Below are positions 48,559 to 53,248 of a stretch of DNA of 53,248 nucleotides, one piece after another. Source of the stretch: Vezdaea acicularis (lineage: Eukaryota); NCBI GenBank assembly GCA_026025075.1, contig JAPEUI010000105.1:1-53248 (forward strand), given 5' to 3'. Made by a program: the position numbers and the translations under genes. Under the pieces are notes generated by a model. That model worked only from the letters and a program-made list of their open reading frames with translations, was not told where the DNA came from and ran no database searches. Positions within the stretch are counted from its first letter, which is position 1, and each line of letters starts with the position of its first letter.

Positions 48559-50722
48559 ATGGTCACCGAAAAGACTGAGGATGCGTACTGCACGGTAAGC
48601 ATAGTCCTGAGATCACGCAAGGTTGGACAATCAGTTAACGTCAGAAGCTCCTCATGAGCGATAGCTACTTGCCAGGTAGGATGGCATACCATATATCGCA
48701 GATCCATGGCTGACGCTCCTGTTAGGTGCTATGGTCCTTGCTCACTCTTTACGAGATGCCGGCACGAAGAAGAAATTGGCTGTATTGATCATACTTGATA
48801 GCCTGAAAGTGGATACAATCACAGAACTCAAGGTACCTTTCAACGAGGAATATCAAGGGTGGGAGTCTGACTTTTGAGACAGTCTGTGTATGACTATGTC
48901 ATCCCGGTTGAACGCATCGTCAACAAGACGCCGGCAAATCTATACCTCATGAATCGCCCTGATCTCGGGTCCACTTTTACGAAGATCAACCTCTGGCGGC
49001 AAAGCCAGTTTAGAAAGATAGTCTATGTTGACGCCGACGTCGTTTCATTGCGAGCACCAGATGAGCTCTTCAATCTGGAATCCCGCTTTGCCGCTGCTCC
49101 TGATATTGGTTGGCCAGACCTGTTCAACAGCGGCGTTATGGTCTTGAATCCAAATCTGCAGGACTACTATTCATTATTGGCGATGGCACAGCGGGGTATA
49201 TCATTTGACGGAGCTGATCAAGGGTTGCTTAATATGCACTTCCGGTCATATGATCGAATATCTTTCCAATTCAATGTCACCCCGTCGGCGCACTATCAAT
49301 ACGTTCCAGCATATAAACACTTCCAATCAAGCATCTCTCTGGTTCATTTCATCGGACCCGACAAGCCCTGGCAACAAGGACGGGAAGTGTCAACTACATC
49401 AGGTTCACCCGCAGACGAATTACTAGGCAGATGGTGGGCTGCCTACGACCGGCATTACAGAGCTCCTGTTAGTATCGATTCCGTTCAACCATCAACCTAC
49501 TTTGCTGATCAAACTTAGACTACGGCGCATATCTCAGGCCAAGGGAGCGAGGCGCCGAGGACTGTGCAAAATTACGTGGCCGGGGAAACCCACGGAGTGA
49601 CATATGGCTTCTCTTCGAGCGGAGCTTCAGTCACGCGCGATCCAGAACATACCCATATCGTGAGTGAACAGCCTATGCATGAAGAGACCGAGTCCAAGGA
49701 CATTCAAGCGGCGCCCCAGATAACCCCCACGGAAACACGGCCACAAAGACAGTTCTCCGCACCGATGGTAGAGTGGAATCCGGCAAGGTGAGCTTTCTAG
49801 GTCTAAAGGATGTATGGTTAGCACGTCTAACAAGTGTAGTGGCCCTCCTCCCTCAGACTCAAGGCCCGAAGCCTCGAACTTCCCGTCCACAACGTACGAG
49901 ATGTCGCATGACCGGGAGCTCTTCCATGCTCCTGCTAGTTACCCCAAGCCTCCAAAGGACTTGTGGTATAAACCGCCCGAGACACCACCTACTGGACTGG
50001 CGCCCATATTTCCCTGGGAACAGACTGCCCCAAAGCCGTCTCGTATTTTCTTTGACGATCAACCAACGTCTCCTCCCGTCGCTCCTCCTAGTATGTCAGA
50101 AGCCTCGACCACGGAGGAAGTGAGCGCTGGCGGGGACAGTACCCCCACGACCCCGCATGCTGGCGCTGCTCCAGCCACGGATCCATGGCAGAGCTACACA
50201 CAAACCAATGCTTGGGATGACGACCCGGAGATCGACCAGTATGTGTCGAACCTCCAAAAGTCTCGGCGAGGTAAGATTCAAGTGTTGAAGGGGACGGCTA
50301 TCGAAGACGTCTCGAGCCCCACGACCGAACGGCCTGGTGAACGTCGACCGAGCATGAAGCTCACCGACTTTCCCTCGGAAGTCGAGCGACCCAGCCTGCC
50401 CGTCACTCCAGCACCTATCCGCCGACCTAGCTTCTGGGGATCGGAACGAGATGCTGAGGGCGAGTTACCGCCTGCCGAGGGAGTTCCTAGTCAGGCGGAG
50501 TGGGTGAGTAGCCACTTTCCCCGAATCGTGGACGCAAGCATGAGCTGATACAACTCGATGCAGGACCCCGCGACCAAATTGGACGAGCTCACGCGGCGAC
50601 AATCCGAAGTCCTCCCCGCGATCCTAAACCAGGCTGAAGGCGGAAGCAGCTCTTCCTCGATACCAGACAGGACACTCCCCGAATCTGCGGTGCTTGCATC
50701 AACCACGGGGGCTCCGGCTTAA
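48559..50722 (+). CDS. GLG1: Glycogenin (GT8) with long Pro/Ser/Glu-rich C-terminus, 615 aa
   Basis: Exons 48559-48594, 48648-48675, 48726-48832, 48883-49467, 49519-49787, 49840-50503, 50564-50722. Motifs YCTLLMSDSYLPGA, TFTKINLW, YVDAD, APDIGWPDLFNSG, SFDGADQGLLN, VHFIGPDKPW, RPSLPVTPAPIRRPSFWG. Confidence 0.95.
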
Positions 50723-53248
50723 CCAGCCTTCGTTGAACCTCGTTTCTTAGGGTCGGCGAGAACTAGTAGCGGTGCGGTGGCGGTGACGGGGGAGCAAGCG
50801 AGGGAGGCGACGGGGCCCTCGTCTCCAGGTCCAACAACAGCGGTCGGGTCCTGACCTCACGCAACGAGGCAGGGGGCCGTAGGAGGAGGGGGGGGGGGAG
50901 GTTCGTGTAAATAACGTGTTTTCGGAGCGCCTGCTCTGCGCGTGTCTGGCCGTTCCCTTCGGTGCTGCATCGCGTTGATTTCCTTCCCACGGCACTGTTC
51001 GCTCTTCAGCCCTGTCTCCTATCATCTCGATTTCCCATCCGTTTCCGGCTCGGGCGTCATGTGTCGCGCCCGCTCCCCTTCTCTCTTCTTTTCGGCGGTG
51101 GCGAGGGCGCATTTGATATGCCGCAGAATCTGGCGCGTGTCTTTCGTGAATTTGTCCGGGACCCTTCAAATCGATAGTCTTGGTTTTGGTTCTGGTCTGT
51201 CTAGCTGGCTGGCTGGCGGCGGCGAATGTGGTCGGGGAAGGGGCAGCCGTGTGTAATCAAATTTGGAAATTAGCCGTTGCGAATTGGGGAAGCCCCGCGT
51301 CAGAAATTGGAAATCCCCACCGCTCTTCTTTTTTCCCTTTCTCTTTTACTCGTGAGCGACAGTAGGCGGGCTCGAAAAACCGAAACGAAGCCCCGGTACA
51401 CTTGGACCTTTTTTTCTCTTGGAGCCGCCACCGCATCTAAAAGGAGGATGGTGCTGCGCACACCGGCAGATTTGGGGATCCACTTTCTTTCTTTCTTTCC
51501 TTTCCTCGCGGCAGCAATGTCCAATGACGTTTCCAGCCGGCATGGGCAGCTGGCAGGCAGCCCCTGACGCTAATCCTGAAACGTGATGCAAAAGCTTGAT
51601 CGCTCTTGCCGGTTTGTAGCAGATGTGAGACGACGACGCGGGTTCTCCGCTTCGTCCACCGCGGCGGTCGGAGTGACATGCTGCTTGCTTGTCTTGTCTT
51701 CGGGCTGGGGATTGCGGTGGAGGAGCGGCTTTTGCTGGATGCAGACAGAGATCCTGCTGCGAGATGCGAGGAGAGGCGCGTTGGCGGCTGTGGAGGAGGA
51801 CGTGAAGAGTTGTTGGACCGGGTTAGCGTGCGTGGGTCTGGGATGGGTGCAGCTGGGTTCGGTGTCTTGGCGGAGCGGTCTTGGAGAGGTCGAATGCAAG
51901 GGTTTGGGGCTTCGAGGAAGCTGGGTGAGGTCGTTCGGCTCCGAGTCTCTCCCATCGTTGGTTCGGCAGCAACAGGAGAGAGTCGAGTGGAGCGTGCTCG
52001 GTCTCGCCCACTGTTCGCTTGCAGAAGGCAGCGACTCCACCAAGGCGCCGACTGAGGCCACACCCCATCCAGCTCTCTTTTTCTGGACGCGATGGCCGAC
52101 GCGACGATTGGGCGCTTGCTCTCGCCCAGCAAACCTCATCTCCCTCCTCTCGTGGACGCGGCGAATGGCAGCTCTCGTCGCCGGCCGAGTCTCATTTTCC
52201 GCCCTCGACGAATGAGGAGCGGCGGGCTCGCTCGGCCTGGTTAGACCGTCGAGAAAAATTGGACGCCGGCAAATTTGCAGGCAGCCGCCGCGGCGCTTGG
52301 CTGGCTGGCCCATCCATCGCGCGACCTGAGCGGCGGTCACTCGACCCGCGGACCCCGTTGGCTCGGGCGCGTGAGGGTCGAATGGCAACGTCGCGGCGGC
52401 CGACGAGGGGATGCTGCTGAGATTGAGATGGATGGCATTCTGCTCGGTCCGTCACGATGATCATCCATCCTCCATGCGCGGAGGGCCGGCGGTCGAGACA
52501 CTTCAATCTTGTTTGCTGGGAGGCTCGAACGGGCTTGCGGCGCGAGGGTGTGATGGCGGTGCGTGGTACCTGCACTAGCGTGCAACGACGAGCGCGGCAC
52601 CAGAGGGCGGCGGACGGTCGCCGGTGCAACCCCTGTCCGCCGCCGACCTTCGATTCTCACCGTCACCATCCGGCCGCCGCTCTTCCTCTTCTGCCATCGA
52701 GTCCGCGGCCGCCGAGCTAGCCTGGTCAGGAACAAAACACGGCGGAACATCGATGGGCACGATGGGAGGGAGACCGGGCCCTTCAATCTCCAGATCCAGG
52801 GTCGTCCGGCCTCTCCGCGTCCGTATCGTCAGAATCTGCACTCCTGGCGGCCCTCCCAATCTGATAGCGGCGGATGGACCTGTCTTCCTCTCATCTCCTC
52901 TCCTCTCCTCCCTCTCTTCCTGTTGCTTGCCCTCGTATGGCGTGCTCGTCGCCATGGTCACTCGTTGTCACTGCTTGTCGCTGGCTCGTGGCCCACTTAG
53001 GCTAAGTTAATATCACTCCGTCCGAGGCGCACGATCCGTCGAACGCCCCACTGGACGCTTTCGTGGATGTGGAAGGCGCCCTGACCTGTCCGGGACCTGT
53101 CCTGGAGCTGCCCCCCCTCGCTGTGGCACCCGCCTGCGTCCAACTGCGATCCCGGTGCAGGTCGGCCCGCCCGCGCTAGTCGCACGCCCGCAGATGCGCC
53201 GTCCCACTGGTCCGCTCCTCTCGCGCTCCCCTCCGCCCCTGTCTCTTA

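Noticed and set aside
50747..53207. Long overlapping ORFs of up to 272 aa in the right flank
   Set aside because: Same GC-driven artefact; no recognisable domain or consistent coding frame.

Overview
Gene-dense window of a filamentous ascomycete (Pezizomycotina) nuclear genome. The evidence is short GT-AG introns with CTRAY-like branch points and fungal-type housekeeping genes. I rebuilt 19 genes by hand from about 6.8 to 50.7 kb; for every multi-exon model the joined exons stay in frame. In order they are HUT1, a mitochondrial-type hypothetical, SOS7, an RS-rich nuclear protein, MET3, ASH1, ERF2, a small membrane protein, PMT1, PRP21/SF3A1, a UFL1-like gene, BOR1, two tail-to-tail paralogous secreted Cys-rich proteins, MKK1, DBP8, SEA4/MIOS, EFG1 and glycogenin. 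Both ends (1-2.9 kb and 50.75-53.2 kb) are very GC-rich with no credible gene. The 2.9-6.8 kb region holds an orphan ORF, degenerate repeats and a possible gene remnant. The most notable signal is a five-exon ~700 aa gene (28815-31224, minus) that aligns by eye, end to end, with the UFM1 E3 ligase UFL1. It appears to lack the E2-binding N-terminal helix and the ribosome-contacting basic loop, in a lineage generally reported to have lost UFMylation. Second is a convergent pair of secreted multi-module Cys-rich precursors with Kex2-type sites. All homology calls come from recognising motifs by eye; no searches were run.
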